DNA of 61,373 nucleotides from a bacterium (GTDB lineage Bacteria; Patescibacteriota; Minisyncoccia; Phycocordibacterales; UBA9973), in assembly GCA_037130055.1 (NCBI GenBank), contig JBAXTS010000002.1:1-61373 (forward strand), in the 5' to 3' direction. Positions 16,456-26,350 of the stretch are shown here, piece by piece. Every line of letters begins with the position of its first letter. The first letter of the stretch is position 1. Made by a program: the position numbers and the translations under genes. A model generated the notes under the pieces. The model searched no databases, was not told the DNA's origin, and worked only from the letters and a program-made list of their open reading frames with translations.

Positions 16456-16905
16456 ATGTTGCACGAACAAATAAAAAATAATATTAAGGAATCAATGAAA
16501 GCTGGCGACAAGGTTCGCCTGGAGGTCATGAGGGGCTTAGTTGCCGCTTTTACAAATGAGCTAGTTTCAAAAAGTAGAACTCCGCAAGAAATGTTGACAG
16601 ATGATGAGGCTTTGTCCGTCATTACAAAACTTTCCAAACAGAGAAAGGACTCTATCGAGCAATTCAAGAAGGGCAATAGAGAAGATTTGGTAAAAGAAGA
16701 GCAAGCTCAGCTTGCAATTCTTGAAAGCTATTTACCCAAGTTGATGGAAAGGAGCGAAGTTGAAAAAATAGCACAAGCCAAAAAAGATGAATTAGCTATC
16801 ACAGATGCTACCAAGAAGGGAATGCTCATGTCAGCCCTGATGAAGGACCTCAAAGGCAAAGCAGATGGAATGATGGTGAAGGAAGTTGTGGATTCCTTAT
16901 TTTAA
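16456..16905 (+). CDS. GatB/YqeY domain protein
   Basis: 149 aa; the ...IKESMKAGDKVRLEVMRGL... pattern is typical of YqeY. Confidence 0.85.
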   Translation: MLHEQIKNNIKESMKAGDKVRLEVMRGLVAAFTNELVSKSRTPQEMLTDDEALSVITKLSKQRKDSIEQFKKGNREDLVKEEQAQLAILESYLPKLMERSEVEKIAQAKKDELAITDATKKGMLMSALMKDLKGKADGMMVKEVVDSLF

Positions 16906-16914
16906 TTTCTATTT

Positions 16915-17523
16915 ATGCATACAATCAATCTCTTAACTAGCCTTGTTGAACATTATCAGGTTTTAGCTTATGCAATAATTTATATTGGGGTACTCTTTGA
17001 GGGAGAATTTTTTATAATTTCTACAGGAATTCTTACTCACCTTGGAGCACTAAATTTTTACTGCGCGTTGTTTTTTGTTTTGCTCGGTGGACTATCAAAA
17101 ACATTGATTGGCTACCGGCTTGGTGAATTCTTGTTCAGAAAGTTCAATCATCACAGATTCTTTACATATATTCAAAAGAGAGTTTATACCATAGTTCCAA
17201 GATTTAAGGAAAACCCATTTTGGTCTGTATTTGCGTCAAAATTTATTATTGGTGCGAACAATATTGTAATAATATTTTCTGGTTTTGAGAGGATTGATTA
17301 TAGGAAATATTTGAAAGCTGAGCTTTCTGCGACGGTGATATGGGCTCCTGTGCTACTATCGTTAGGTTACTTTTTCAGTTATACTGCACTTCGTGTCAGT
17401 CGTGAGATATGGAGATTTTTGATGGTTATTATGGTTTTGTTTATTATATTCGTTCTTTTTGATAAATTAGTAAGCTGGCTTTATGAGTTATTTGAAGAAT
17501 TTTACAATGGAAAAAATGAATAA
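16915..17523 (+). CDS. DedA/VTT-family membrane protein
   Basis: Multi-pass membrane protein with a DedA-like pattern; 202 aa. Confidence 0.75.
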   Translation: MHTINLLTSLVEHYQVLAYAIIYIGVLFEGEFFIISTGILTHLGALNFYCALFFVLLGGLSKTLIGYRLGEFLFRKFNHHRFFTYIQKRVYTIVPRFKENPFWSVFASKFIIGANNIVIIFSGFERIDYRKYLKAELSATVIWAPVLLSLGYFFSYTALRVSREIWRFLMVIMVLFIIFVLFDKLVSWLYELFEEFYNGKNE

Positions 17524-18445
17524 ATTAATTACACACAATGGTTCCTTTCACGCAGATGATGTTTTTGCTTGTGCGACCCTATGTCTATATTTGGAGAAGA
17601 ATAATGAAAAGTTTGAGATTATTCGCACGAGGGACGAGCACATTATAAAAACAGGAGATTACATTTTTGATATTGGAGGTATTTATGACGAATCTAAAAA
17701 CCTTTTTGACCATCATCAAATAGGAGGCGCCGGCAGGAGAAAAAATAATATTGAATATGCCGCTTTTGGCCTAGTTTGGAAAAAATTTGGTAAAATACTA
17801 ACTGGCTCCGAAGAGTTGTCAGATTTTATAGATAATAGGCTTAGTGCCCCCGTTGACGCATTTGACAACGGTTTTGATTTAGTAGAAAACAAATATGAGA
17901 CTACTCCGTATTATATACAACATTTTTTGATCTCTATGCGACCTACTTGGAGAGAAGAAGAAGAAAACCTAAACACAAGTGATCTTGCATATCGTGACCA
18001 AACAAAATCAAAGGATGGAATGTTCCTTAAATCTGTTGAAATTGCAAAAATAATTTTGTCTAGAGAAATTATTCAGGTACAGCATGCTCTCTTGGCAGAA
18101 GAGTCAGTCGTTTCAATATACAATAAAACTGAAGATAAAAGAATTATAGTTTTGGACAAGAATTATCCTAGTGAATATATTTTAAATAATTTTTCTGAAC
18201 CAGTTTTTATTATATATCCTAGGGTGTCTGATAATACCTGGGGCGCCAAGGCAGTAAATGAAAATCCAAAAACTTTTATTAACAGAAAAAATTTTCCAAA
18301 ACTGTGGGCAGGATTAAAGAATGAGGAGTTGGCAAATGTCACAGGAGTGGCTGATGCCATTTTTTGTCATCGTGGACTTTTTTTAACTGTAGCAAAATCT
18401 AAAGAAGGAGCTATTCAATTGGCTCAATTAGCGTTAAGTAGCTAA
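17507..18445 (+). CDS. MYG1/UPF0160 family metal-dependent hydrolase
   Basis: ITHNGSFHADD and FDHHQ motifs; start set at ATG 17507. Confidence 0.85.
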   Translation: MEKMNKLITHNGSFHADDVFACATLCLYLEKNNEKFEIIRTRDEHIIKTGDYIFDIGGIYDESKNLFDHHQIGGAGRRKNNIEYAAFGLVWKKFGKILTGSEELSDFIDNRLSAPVDAFDNGFDLVENKYETTPYYIQHFLISMRPTWREEEENLNTSDLAYRDQTKSKDGMFLKSVEIAKIILSREIIQVQHALLAEESVVSIYNKTEDKRIIVLDKNYPSEYILNNFSEPVFIIYPRVSDNTWGAKAVNENPKTFINRKNFPKLWAGLKNEELANVTGVADAIFCHRGLFLTVAKSKEGAIQLAQLALSS

Positions 18446-18466
18446 AAAATGTTAGTATAAAGCTAA

Positions 18467-18492
18467 TGCCTAGTGCCTAGTGCCTAGTGCCT
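18467..18492. repeat. heptanucleotide tandem repeat (TGCCTAG x3 plus a partial unit)
   Basis: Read directly; ends 8 nt before the obg ATG. Confidence 0.9.
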
Positions 18493-18499
18493 TATATAT

Positions 18500-19513
18500 A
18501 TGGCATTTATTGATGAAATGAAAATAACAGCTGAGGCAGGACGCGGTGGAGACGGCGTTGTGCGTTGGCGACAAGAAAAATTTACACCAAAGGGCGGACC
18601 TTCAGGAGGTGATGCTGGCCGTGGTGGTGATTTTTATATTTTAGCAGTGCGTGATATACATATACTTTCAAAATACAAAGCCAAGAAAAGTTTTGCTGCT
18701 GGACGCGGAGAAGACGGCAGTAATAAAAGTTTGCATGGCAAAAATGGTGATGACTTTTTTTTAGAATTACCCGTAGGCTCAATTGTGACAAACCTAGGAA
18801 CAGAAGAAACATGGCAGCTAACCGACGAGGGACAGAAAATAATGTTACTGAAGGGCGGTTATGGTGGCTTTGGAAATGAGCATTTCAAAAGTTCTGTAAA
18901 CACTACTCCGATGGAATCACGCCCAGGGCAAGATGGAGAGAAAGGGAATTTTAAAATAGAATTAGAGCTTTTCGCAGACATTGGCTTGATAGGTTTGCCA
19001 AATGCTGGCAAATCGTCTTTATTAAATGCGCTTACAAATGCTGATGCAAAAGTGGGTGATTATGCATTTACTACACTTGATCCCAACCTTGGTGATTTTT
19101 ATGGACACATTATTGCTGATATTCCTGGAGTTATAGAGGGAGCTTCAGAAGGCAAAGGACTAGGGGTAAAATTCTTGCGACATATTAAACGCACAAAGAT
19201 GCTCGCACATCTTGTATCTTTTGAGAATTTGAAATCAACTAGTCCAGCAGGAATGATTAAAGCTTATAAAGAGATTCGTAAAGAATTAACAAAATATGAT
19301 AAAAATCTTGGCTTGAGTGGAGATGGCCTAGCAGAGAAGAAAGAAATTGTAGTCCTTACAAAGACTGATGTAATAGAAGACACAAAGTTGGTTGCTAAGG
19401 TAGTGAAGGAATTTGAAAAGTTAGATGTAAAAGTTTTTTCACTTACTCTTTATGATGACAAAACTGTAAAGAAGTTTAGAGATGAATTAGTAAAAATATT
19501 AAAAAAGAAATAA
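18500..19513 (+). CDS. obg: GTPase Obg
   Basis: Glycine-rich Obg fold (GGDGG, GGPSGGDGGRGG) plus G-domain GLPNAGKSS. Confidence 0.95.
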   Translation: MAFIDEMKITAEAGRGGDGVVRWRQEKFTPKGGPSGGDAGRGGDFYILAVRDIHILSKYKAKKSFAAGRGEDGSNKSLHGKNGDDFFLELPVGSIVTNLGTEETWQLTDEGQKIMLLKGGYGGFGNEHFKSSVNTTPMESRPGQDGEKGNFKIELELFADIGLIGLPNAGKSSLLNALTNADAKVGDYAFTTLDPNLGDFYGHIIADIPGVIEGASEGKGLGVKFLRHIKRTKMLAHLVSFENLKSTSPAGMIKAYKEIRKELTKYDKNLGLSGDGLAEKKEIVVLTKTDVIEDTKLVAKVVKEFEKLDVKVFSLTLYDDKTVKKFRDELVKILKKK

Positions 19514-19528
19514 ATTTTTGTTTGGAAA

Positions 19529-20959
19529 ATGACTAATAAATATTATCCGACAATTGGGCTAGAAATACACGCAGAGCTAAAAACACAGACAAAGATGTTT
19601 TGCGCATGCAAGAATGACCCCGACGAAGAAAAGCCAAATCTAAATATTTGTCCTGTGTGCATGGCGCATCCAGGGGCGTTGCCCGTTATTAATAAAAAGG
19701 CAATAGAGAATGTAATTAAAGTAGGACTTGCCTTAGATGGAAAGATTGCTGACTTTACAGAGTTTGATAGGAAAAATTATTTTTACCCAGATATTCCAAA
19801 AGGGTATCAAATTTCTCAGTATAAATATCCAATAGTATCGGGAGGGCGTTTGGCTGATATGGATGTTACTCGCGTGCACTTGGAGGAAGACACAGCAAAT
19901 AACAAGCATGACCGAGGAGATTTCTCTCTGGTTGATTTCAATCGAGCGGGTGTGCCACTCATGGAGCTCGTCACCGAGCCTCACACATTTGAAAATTCTG
20001 AGGAAACAGCAAAGAAAGCATCAAGATTTGCAAAGGAGTTTCAGCTTGTACTTTGGTACTTGGGAGTGTCTGAAGCGAATATGGAAAAAGGAGAGATGCG
20101 AGTAGAAGCAAACATTTCTGTTTCAACAGATCCAAAGAAACTTGGTATAAAAGTAGAAGTTAAAAATTTAAATTCCTTCCGTAGTGTTGAGAGGGCTATA
20201 AAATATGAAGTGGACAGGATGACAGCTCTTCTCGAAGAAGGTAAAGGAGACGAAATCATTCAGGAGACGCGTGGGTGGGATGAAAGCAAACAGAAAACAT
20301 TTTCTCAGAGAAAAAAGGAGGGAAGCGCGGACTACAGATATTTTCCCGACCCAGACTTACCCAAGCTCAAGCTTCACGAGGCTTTTCATTTAGAGAAGAT
20401 GAAGCAGGATTTACCTGAATTGCCAGAAGCTAAACGTGCTAGATATAAAAAAGATTTTGGTGTTAAGGATGAAGATATAGAGGTATATATAAATGACTTG
20501 GTTCTAAGTACATGGTTTGAAAAAGTTTCTGATATTTTGAAAGATGAAAATAAAATTAAAATAGCATCAAATTACACTGTCTCAGACTTTTTGGGTATTA
20601 GAAAATCAAATGAGAATGTCAAGCTTCCAAGCGCTGATAATTTTTCTGAATTAATAAACTTAGTTACAGAAAACAAAATTTCCTCTCGTGCGGCAAAAGA
20701 CATTTTGGCAATGATTGTGATAAATGATGAGTCGCCACTAAAAATAGCAACAGAGAAAAATTTATTACAAAGTAATGATGCAGAGGCACTAAAGGAAATT
20801 GCAGAGAAAATAATAAATATTAATCCCAAGGTTGTAGCTGATTATCGTGGTGGCAAAGAAGTTGCGATCATGTCTCTGGTGGGTCAAATTATGAAGGAAA
20901 CAAAAGGAAGTGCTAATCCAGGGGTAGCAAAACAATTACTAATAGACTTACTTAAATAG
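19529..20959 (+). CDS. gatB: Asp/Glu-tRNA amidotransferase subunit B
   Basis: Typical GatB N-terminus (IGLEIHAEL...MFC) and C-terminal YqeY-like tail. Confidence 0.95.
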   Translation: MTNKYYPTIGLEIHAELKTQTKMFCACKNDPDEEKPNLNICPVCMAHPGALPVINKKAIENVIKVGLALDGKIADFTEFDRKNYFYPDIPKGYQISQYKYPIVSGGRLADMDVTRVHLEEDTANNKHDRGDFSLVDFNRAGVPLMELVTEPHTFENSEETAKKASRFAKEFQLVLWYLGVSEANMEKGEMRVEANISVSTDPKKLGIKVEVKNLNSFRSVERAIKYEVDRMTALLEEGKGDEIIQETRGWDESKQKTFSQRKKEGSADYRYFPDPDLPKLKLHEAFHLEKMKQDLPELPEAKRARYKKDFGVKDEDIEVYINDLVLSTWFEKVSDILKDENKIKIASNYTVSDFLGIRKSNENVKLPSADNFSELINLVTENKISSRAAKDILAMIVINDESPLKIATEKNLLQSNDAEALKEIAEKIININPKVVADYRGGKEVAIMSLVGQIMKETKGSANPGVAKQLLIDLLK

Positions 20960-21025
20960 CAATTTACTCGCCAGGAATTATATGTACATGTTATAATTAT
21001 ATTGTTTAATAATTAAAATTTTTGA

Positions 21026-22027
21026 ATGATGAATAAAGACAAACTTATAGAAATAGTTGCTCGACTAACAAAAACACCAAAAGGAATTTTGGCTATAGAT
21101 GAGAGCGTTGCTACATGCAATAAACGTTTTGAAAAGCTGGGTATTCCACAAACTGAAGAAAAACGCAGAGAGTACAGAGAGCTTTTGATAACAGCGCCAA
21201 ATATTGAAAAATATGTTTCAGGATATATTTTTTTTGATGAAACTATTAGAGAGTACGCAAAAGACAGTAAAAGTCTGACTTCGAAATTACAATTTAAAGG
21301 AATAGATATTGGTATAAAAGTTGACCAAGGCCTAGTTGATTTTCCATTACACCCAAACGAGAAAATTTCACAAGGGTTAGATGTATTGTCTAATAGGCTT
21401 AAAGAATACAAAAAAATGGGTGTTACTTTCGCAAAATGGCGTGTTGTTTATAATATTGGGGAAAATAGTCCGTCAGAAGATTGTATAAAAGAAAACACAA
21501 CGACATTATTAAAATATGCATTAATATGCCAAGGGTTAGATATAGTTCCTATTATTGAACCAGAAGTTTTAATGGATGGTGACCATAGTATTGAGAAATG
21601 CTATGAGGTTATGGCACACAACTTTGATGTACTTTTTTTTGAATTACAAAATTTTGGTATTTTTATTCCTGGGCTTATTCTAAAAACTGGTATGGTTCTT
21701 CCAGGAAAAGATGCCCCGGCGTCTTCTCCCGAGGAGGTTGCTCGTATGACGCTCAAATGTTTGAGAGAGCATGTGCCTGCGCACATTGGGGGTATAGTTT
21801 TCCTCTCTGGAGGACAGAGTGAAGAAGATGCAATAATGAATCTGAATACTATGCATAAAGAAAGTCCTCTTCTTTGGCCTTTAACTTTTTCATACAGTCG
21901 TGCAATCCAAAACAGAGTACTCGAGTTCTGGGCTAGAAATTCCTCAGGCACTGCCGAGGCCCAAGCATTGTTGCTTCTAATTGCCAAAAATAATAGTGAT
22001 GCCTCTGTCGGGCAGTATATAAAATAA
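21026..22027 (+). CDS. fba: class I fructose-bisphosphate aldolase
   Basis: ILAIDES...KRF pattern and length typical of class I FBA. Confidence 0.82.
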   Translation: MMNKDKLIEIVARLTKTPKGILAIDESVATCNKRFEKLGIPQTEEKRREYRELLITAPNIEKYVSGYIFFDETIREYAKDSKSLTSKLQFKGIDIGIKVDQGLVDFPLHPNEKISQGLDVLSNRLKEYKKMGVTFAKWRVVYNIGENSPSEDCIKENTTTLLKYALICQGLDIVPIIEPEVLMDGDHSIEKCYEVMAHNFDVLFFELQNFGIFIPGLILKTGMVLPGKDAPASSPEEVARMTLKCLREHVPAHIGGIVFLSGGQSEEDAIMNLNTMHKESPLLWPLTFSYSRAIQNRVLEFWARNSSGTAEAQALLLLIAKNNSDASVGQYIK

Positions 22028-23812
22028 ATGAAAGAAGAAATACAAAATTTTTTTAAAGGAGATATTGATGATAGCGAGGCGACACTCGTGAAATATTCTC
22101 ATGACGCGAGTTTACTTGAGGTTCGACCTCGGGCAGTATATTTTCCAAAAGACGCTGAAGATGTAAAAAATTTAGTGAAATGGGTAAAAGAAAACAAAAT
22201 AAACAATTCGAATTCTGAGCAAGGAGGTGCAAATTTATCTATTACTCCGAGATGCGCGGGGACAGATATGTCTGGTGGGGCAATTGGAGAATCAATAATT
22301 CTAGATTTTAGTAAATATATGAATCGACTTGTGGGTGGGCCATTACCAACGGATAACCTTATCCCGGGGCGCAAGAAGACAGTTTCTAATGACTATTCTA
22401 GTGTTTATCCACTATTACCTTCATATATTACCGTAGAACCAGGTATGTTTTATAGAGATTTTGAGGAAATAACTTTAAGTAAAGGTTTGATCTTGCCTTG
22501 TTACACAGCATCGAAGAGTTTGAACGCTATGGGAGGAATGTATGGTAATGATTCTGCAGGAGAAAGAACATTAAAATATGGCAAAATGGAGGACTATGTT
22601 TTATCATCCAAGGTTGTCTTTGCTGATGGCAACGAATATTTAGTTAAGTCGCTTTCAAAGGAAGAGCTCGAAGCAAAAATTTCTCAAGGTGACTACGAAG
22701 GAAATGTTTATAAAAATATTTATGAACTAATAATTAAAAATGAAGAAGAGATAAAACAAGCGAAGCCACGTGTATCCAAAAACTCTGCAGGATATTATAT
22801 TTGGAATGTTTTAAATCGCGACAGGGTTGCAACAGAATTTTTTGACCTGAATAAACTTCTAGTGGGCTCGCAGGGAACACTTGGCATAACTACAGAGATG
22901 ACATTGAAATTAATTCCTGAGAATAAGCACTCGAAGCTTGTTGCAATATTTCTGAAGGATAAGGATATGGGGTCGCTTGGTCGTCTAGTGGACGAGCTTT
23001 TGACATTAAATCCTGAAACACTTGAAACCTATGATGACAAGACGATGAAGTTGGCGGTGAAGTTTTTCCCAGATTTTCTTAAAAACAAAGGGTTTATTGG
23101 AATGTTCAAATTTCTATGGAGCTTTTTGCCGGAGGCATTTATTATGCTCACAAGTGGATTTCCAAATTTGATTATTCTGGTTGAGTTTGCTGGTAATGAT
23201 GAAAATGATGTAAATGAGAAATGTATTAAGTTAGTCAAAAAAATAAGAGATTTTAAGTTAAATGTTCATATTACAAAGTCAGAAGCAGAAGCAAACAAGT
23301 ATTGGGACATACGAAGAGAAAGTTTTGCATTGCTTCGAAAGCATGTAAAGGGAATGCGCACGGCTCCATTTATAGATGACATCATTGTGCGTCCAGAGTT
23401 TCTACCCAAATTTATTCCGGAGTTAAATAATATTCTGAACAAATATAAACTAACATTTACACTTGCAGGACATGTGGGAGATGGTAATTTTCATATTATT
23501 CCACTTATGGATTTCAAGCGTCCAGATACTGCAAAAATAATAATGGAGCTCGGAGAAAAAGTTTATGACCTTGTGATAAAATATCATGGCTCCATAACTG
23601 CTGAACACAACGATGGTATTATTAGAACTCCGTATTTACAAAAAATGTATGGAGATAGAATTGTTTCAATTTTTAAGGAAATAAAGGAAATTTTTGATCC
23701 CAAAAATATTTTTAACCCAGGCAAGAAAGTACCAACCGAAAAATTAGGTGGTACAAAGGAATACATCGCAAGTCATATAGCTGTTGAGCACAAAGCCACT
23801 CATAAAGTTTAA
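22028..23812 (+). CDS. FAD-linked oxidase (GlcD/D-lactate dehydrogenase-like)
   Basis: PCMH-type FAD-binding N-terminal region and a C-terminal oxidase domain ending ...FDPKNIFNPGK. Confidence 0.8.
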   Translation: MKEEIQNFFKGDIDDSEATLVKYSHDASLLEVRPRAVYFPKDAEDVKNLVKWVKENKINNSNSEQGGANLSITPRCAGTDMSGGAIGESIILDFSKYMNRLVGGPLPTDNLIPGRKKTVSNDYSSVYPLLPSYITVEPGMFYRDFEEITLSKGLILPCYTASKSLNAMGGMYGNDSAGERTLKYGKMEDYVLSSKVVFADGNEYLVKSLSKEELEAKISQGDYEGNVYKNIYELIIKNEEEIKQAKPRVSKNSAGYYIWNVLNRDRVATEFFDLNKLLVGSQGTLGITTEMTLKLIPENKHSKLVAIFLKDKDMGSLGRLVDELLTLNPETLETYDDKTMKLAVKFFPDFLKNKGFIGMFKFLWSFLPEAFIMLTSGFPNLIILVEFAGNDENDVNEKCIKLVKKIRDFKLNVHITKSEAEANKYWDIRRESFALLRKHVKGMRTAPFIDDIIVRPEFLPKFIPELNNILNKYKLTFTLAGHVGDGNFHIIPLMDFKRPDTAKIIMELGEKVYDLVIKYHGSITAEHNDGIIRTPYLQKMYGDRIVSIFKEIKEIFDPKNIFNPGKKVPTEKLGGTKEYIASHIAVEHKATHKV

Positions 23813-23882
23813 TTAATTGCCCAGTTTATAGTTTTGAGGGATTTAGAGTTGCTTTTTAATCATTTTTATATATACTATCTCT

Positions 23883-24551
23883 ATGTTTATAATCAAAGCT
23901 AAAAATAGAGAAACAAATGTTAAACTAGATACTTTAAGAAAAGGGGGAGAAATTCCGGCTGTATTTTATGGTGCAGGAAAAGAATCAACTTCTATTTCGG
24001 TTTCGATTGTTGAATTTAAGAAAGTTTGGCGTGAAGCAGGAGAGTCTTCTGCTGTTAAAATTGGAATGCTAAAAGGTGATATTGATGTTCTTATTCATGA
24101 TGTTCAGGTTGATCCTGTGACAAGTGAGCCCATACACGTGGACTTCTTGGCTATCGATATGAAAAAGAAAATCCATGTCAAAGTCCCTCTTGAGTTCATT
24201 GGTATATCAAATGCAGTGAAGAGCGGAATTGGAAACCTTGTAAAGGTTGTTCACGAAATTGAAATTGTCGCTCTTCCAGCTGATCTTCCACACAATCTTG
24301 TTGTTGATATTTCATCACTTGAGACCTTGGAAAACCAGATTTTCGTTTCCGATATCAAATTGCCTACTGGAGTTACTGCTATTACACATGGTACTGAAGT
24401 TGTTGCTTCTATTATTGCTCAAGTTGAGGAGAAAGAAGAAGTAGCAGCCCCTGTTGACCTATCTGCTATCGAGGTGGAGAAGAAGGGCAAGAAAGATGAA
24501 GAAGGTGTAGAAGGTGCACCTACAACTGAGGAAAAAGCAGAGAAAAAATAG
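23883..24551 (+). CDS. rplY: 50S ribosomal protein L25/Ctc
   Basis: LRKGGEIPAVFYG N-terminus; acidic/lysine-rich C-terminal tail. Confidence 0.85.
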   Translation: MFIIKAKNRETNVKLDTLRKGGEIPAVFYGAGKESTSISVSIVEFKKVWREAGESSAVKIGMLKGDIDVLIHDVQVDPVTSEPIHVDFLAIDMKKKIHVKVPLEFIGISNAVKSGIGNLVKVVHEIEIVALPADLPHNLVVDISSLETLENQIFVSDIKLPTGVTAITHGTEVVASIIAQVEEKEEVAAPVDLSAIEVEKKGKKDEEGVEGAPTTEEKAEKK

Positions 24552-24586
24552 AAAAATTTATACTAAAATATGTTATAATAAAAACT

Positions 24587-25933
24587 ATGGTAAAGAAAGC
24601 CGTAGTTTTTATTTTTTTAGGCGCAGTTCTGATGTTTTCATCCTTTCGCGTACCAACCGCCACTGCAGTTTTTGACTGTTTGACTCTGAATGTCGCTTCT
24701 AGCCAGCCTGACAAGGATTACTGTAGAAGTGAGCTTACTCAAATAGAGGCAGAATACGCGTCATTGGTAAAACAACTGGAGAGTCAGAATAAACAAAGTA
24801 CTAACTATGCCTCCGAAGTTAAGAAACTCACACTTCAAATCAATGCATTAAAAGCAAAAATAAAAGCTCGCGGGCTCGTTATTGCGCAGTTGAAGGTAAA
24901 TATCGCAGAAAAAGTAAGTACTATCCAGACTTTATCTAGCAAGATTGAGCGTGAACATGAATCATTGGCGCAGTTGCTTCGTAATACAAACGAGTTTGAC
25001 GAAGAAAATTTAGTGCACCTGGTCCTTTCTGATAATTCTATTTCAAATTTTTACAGTGATATGGAGTCTTATTCTTCAATCAAACAAGCAATCAAAAGCT
25101 CGGTTGATGTAATTAACGGTGTAAAAACGCAAACTGAAGTTGCAAAGCAGGATCTAGAAAAAAAACAAAATGCTGAGATTGACGCAAAAGCAGAGTTAGA
25201 AAATGCACAAAAAACTGTAGCGAAAACCGAGGCTAACCAGAAACAGCTTTTAGCTATTTCAAAGAACAAAGAAGCAGAGTTCCAGAAGCTTGCTGCAGAA
25301 AAAAAAGTTAGGGCAGACAAGATTCGCAATGCCTTGTTTCAGTTGCGTGATACAAAAGCAATTCCCTTTGGTACTGCTCTCAAGTATGCGCAGGAAGCTG
25401 AAGTCAAGACTGGTGTGCGTCCGGCATTCTTGCTAGCAATTATTACGCAGGAAACAAACTTGGGTGCCAATATCGGTACTTGCAATCGTCCTACCGATCC
25501 ACCATCAAAGAGTTGGAAGGCTGTAATGAAACCAGACCGTGACCAAGCGCCATTTGAACGTATAACTACAGCATTAGGACTCAATCCATATTCTATGCCG
25601 GTGTCGTGCCCATGGAACGGTGGCTGGGGTGGAGCTATAGGCCCTTCTCAGTTTATTCCTTCAACATGGGAACTTTATGCCAAGAAGATTGCAGCTGCCT
25701 TGAATATTGTAGGTATGGCAAACCCATGGGACCCAGAACATGCATTTATGGCTTCGTCTATTTATCTCGGAGAGCTCGGCGCTGATAATGGCGGATTTAC
25801 GGCCGAGAGAACTGCAGCACTAAAGTATTATGCTGGTAGTAATTGGAACAAGAAAGCAAATGCCTTTTATGGTGATGGAGTTATGAAGAAAGCTACAAGC
25901 ATACAGGCAGACATGGATTTGCTTTCAAGCTAA
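24587..25933 (+). CDS. secreted coiled-coil protein with C-terminal lytic transglycosylase-like domain
   Basis: Signal-like N-terminus, about 230 aa of coiled coil, then ...LLAIITQETNLG...GPSQFIPSTW, typical of SLT/MltB-type domains. Confidence 0.7.
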   Translation: MVKKAVVFIFLGAVLMFSSFRVPTATAVFDCLTLNVASSQPDKDYCRSELTQIEAEYASLVKQLESQNKQSTNYASEVKKLTLQINALKAKIKARGLVIAQLKVNIAEKVSTIQTLSSKIEREHESLAQLLRNTNEFDEENLVHLVLSDNSISNFYSDMESYSSIKQAIKSSVDVINGVKTQTEVAKQDLEKKQNAEIDAKAELENAQKTVAKTEANQKQLLAISKNKEAEFQKLAAEKKVRADKIRNALFQLRDTKAIPFGTALKYAQEAEVKTGVRPAFLLAIITQETNLGANIGTCNRPTDPPSKSWKAVMKPDRDQAPFERITTALGLNPYSMPVSCPWNGGWGGAIGPSQFIPSTWELYAKKIAAALNIVGMANPWDPEHAFMASSIYLGELGADNGGFTAERTAALKYYAGSNWNKKANAFYGDGVMKKATSIQADMDLLSS

Positions 25934-25956
25934 AGTTGTGATAACATTTCGGAGCA

Positions 25957-26175
25957 ATGAAAAAAGATATACATCCAAAATATGATTTAAAAACAAAGGC
26001 AACCTGCGCGTGCGGGGCGGTTTTTGAAGTTGGCTCAACAATGCCTGAAATAAAAATGGAAATCTGCAGTCAGTGTCACCCATTCTATACTGGAAATGAA
26101 AAGATCATGGACACCGCTGGACGCGTAGAAAGATTCAAGAAACGAGCTGCTGCTACTGTAAAAGCTAAAAAATAA
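25957..26175 (+). CDS. rpmE: 50S ribosomal protein L31
   Basis: MKKDIHPKY, CxC...[10 protein letters not shown]. Confidence 0.93.
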   Translation: MKKDIHPKYDLKTKATCACGAVFEVGSTMPEIKMEICSQCHPFYTGNEKIMDTAGRVERFKKRAAATVKAKK

Positions 26176-26182
26176 TCTAAAT

Positions 26183-26334
26183 TCTTTCTTGGCACGACTT
26201 TTTATAAAGCAATCTATCTGGCAAAGCTTTGCCAGCGAACTGCTCGTCGCTCAAGAAAATAATAAATGGAATACCATTTTTATTTTCTAAGCTTCTGCGC
26301 AAGGCTTTCTAAAAAGTGCGCCTGCGACAAATTT
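26183..26334 (+). repeat. R-element copy 1 (about 150-bp palindromic MITE-like repeat)
   Basis: Homologous to the reverse complements of 35256-35380 and 58391-58494; has terminal inverted repeats ACTTTTTATAAAGC/GCTTTCTAAAAAGT. Confidence 0.8.
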
Positions 26335-26350
26335 ATGTTATTTTATTTAT

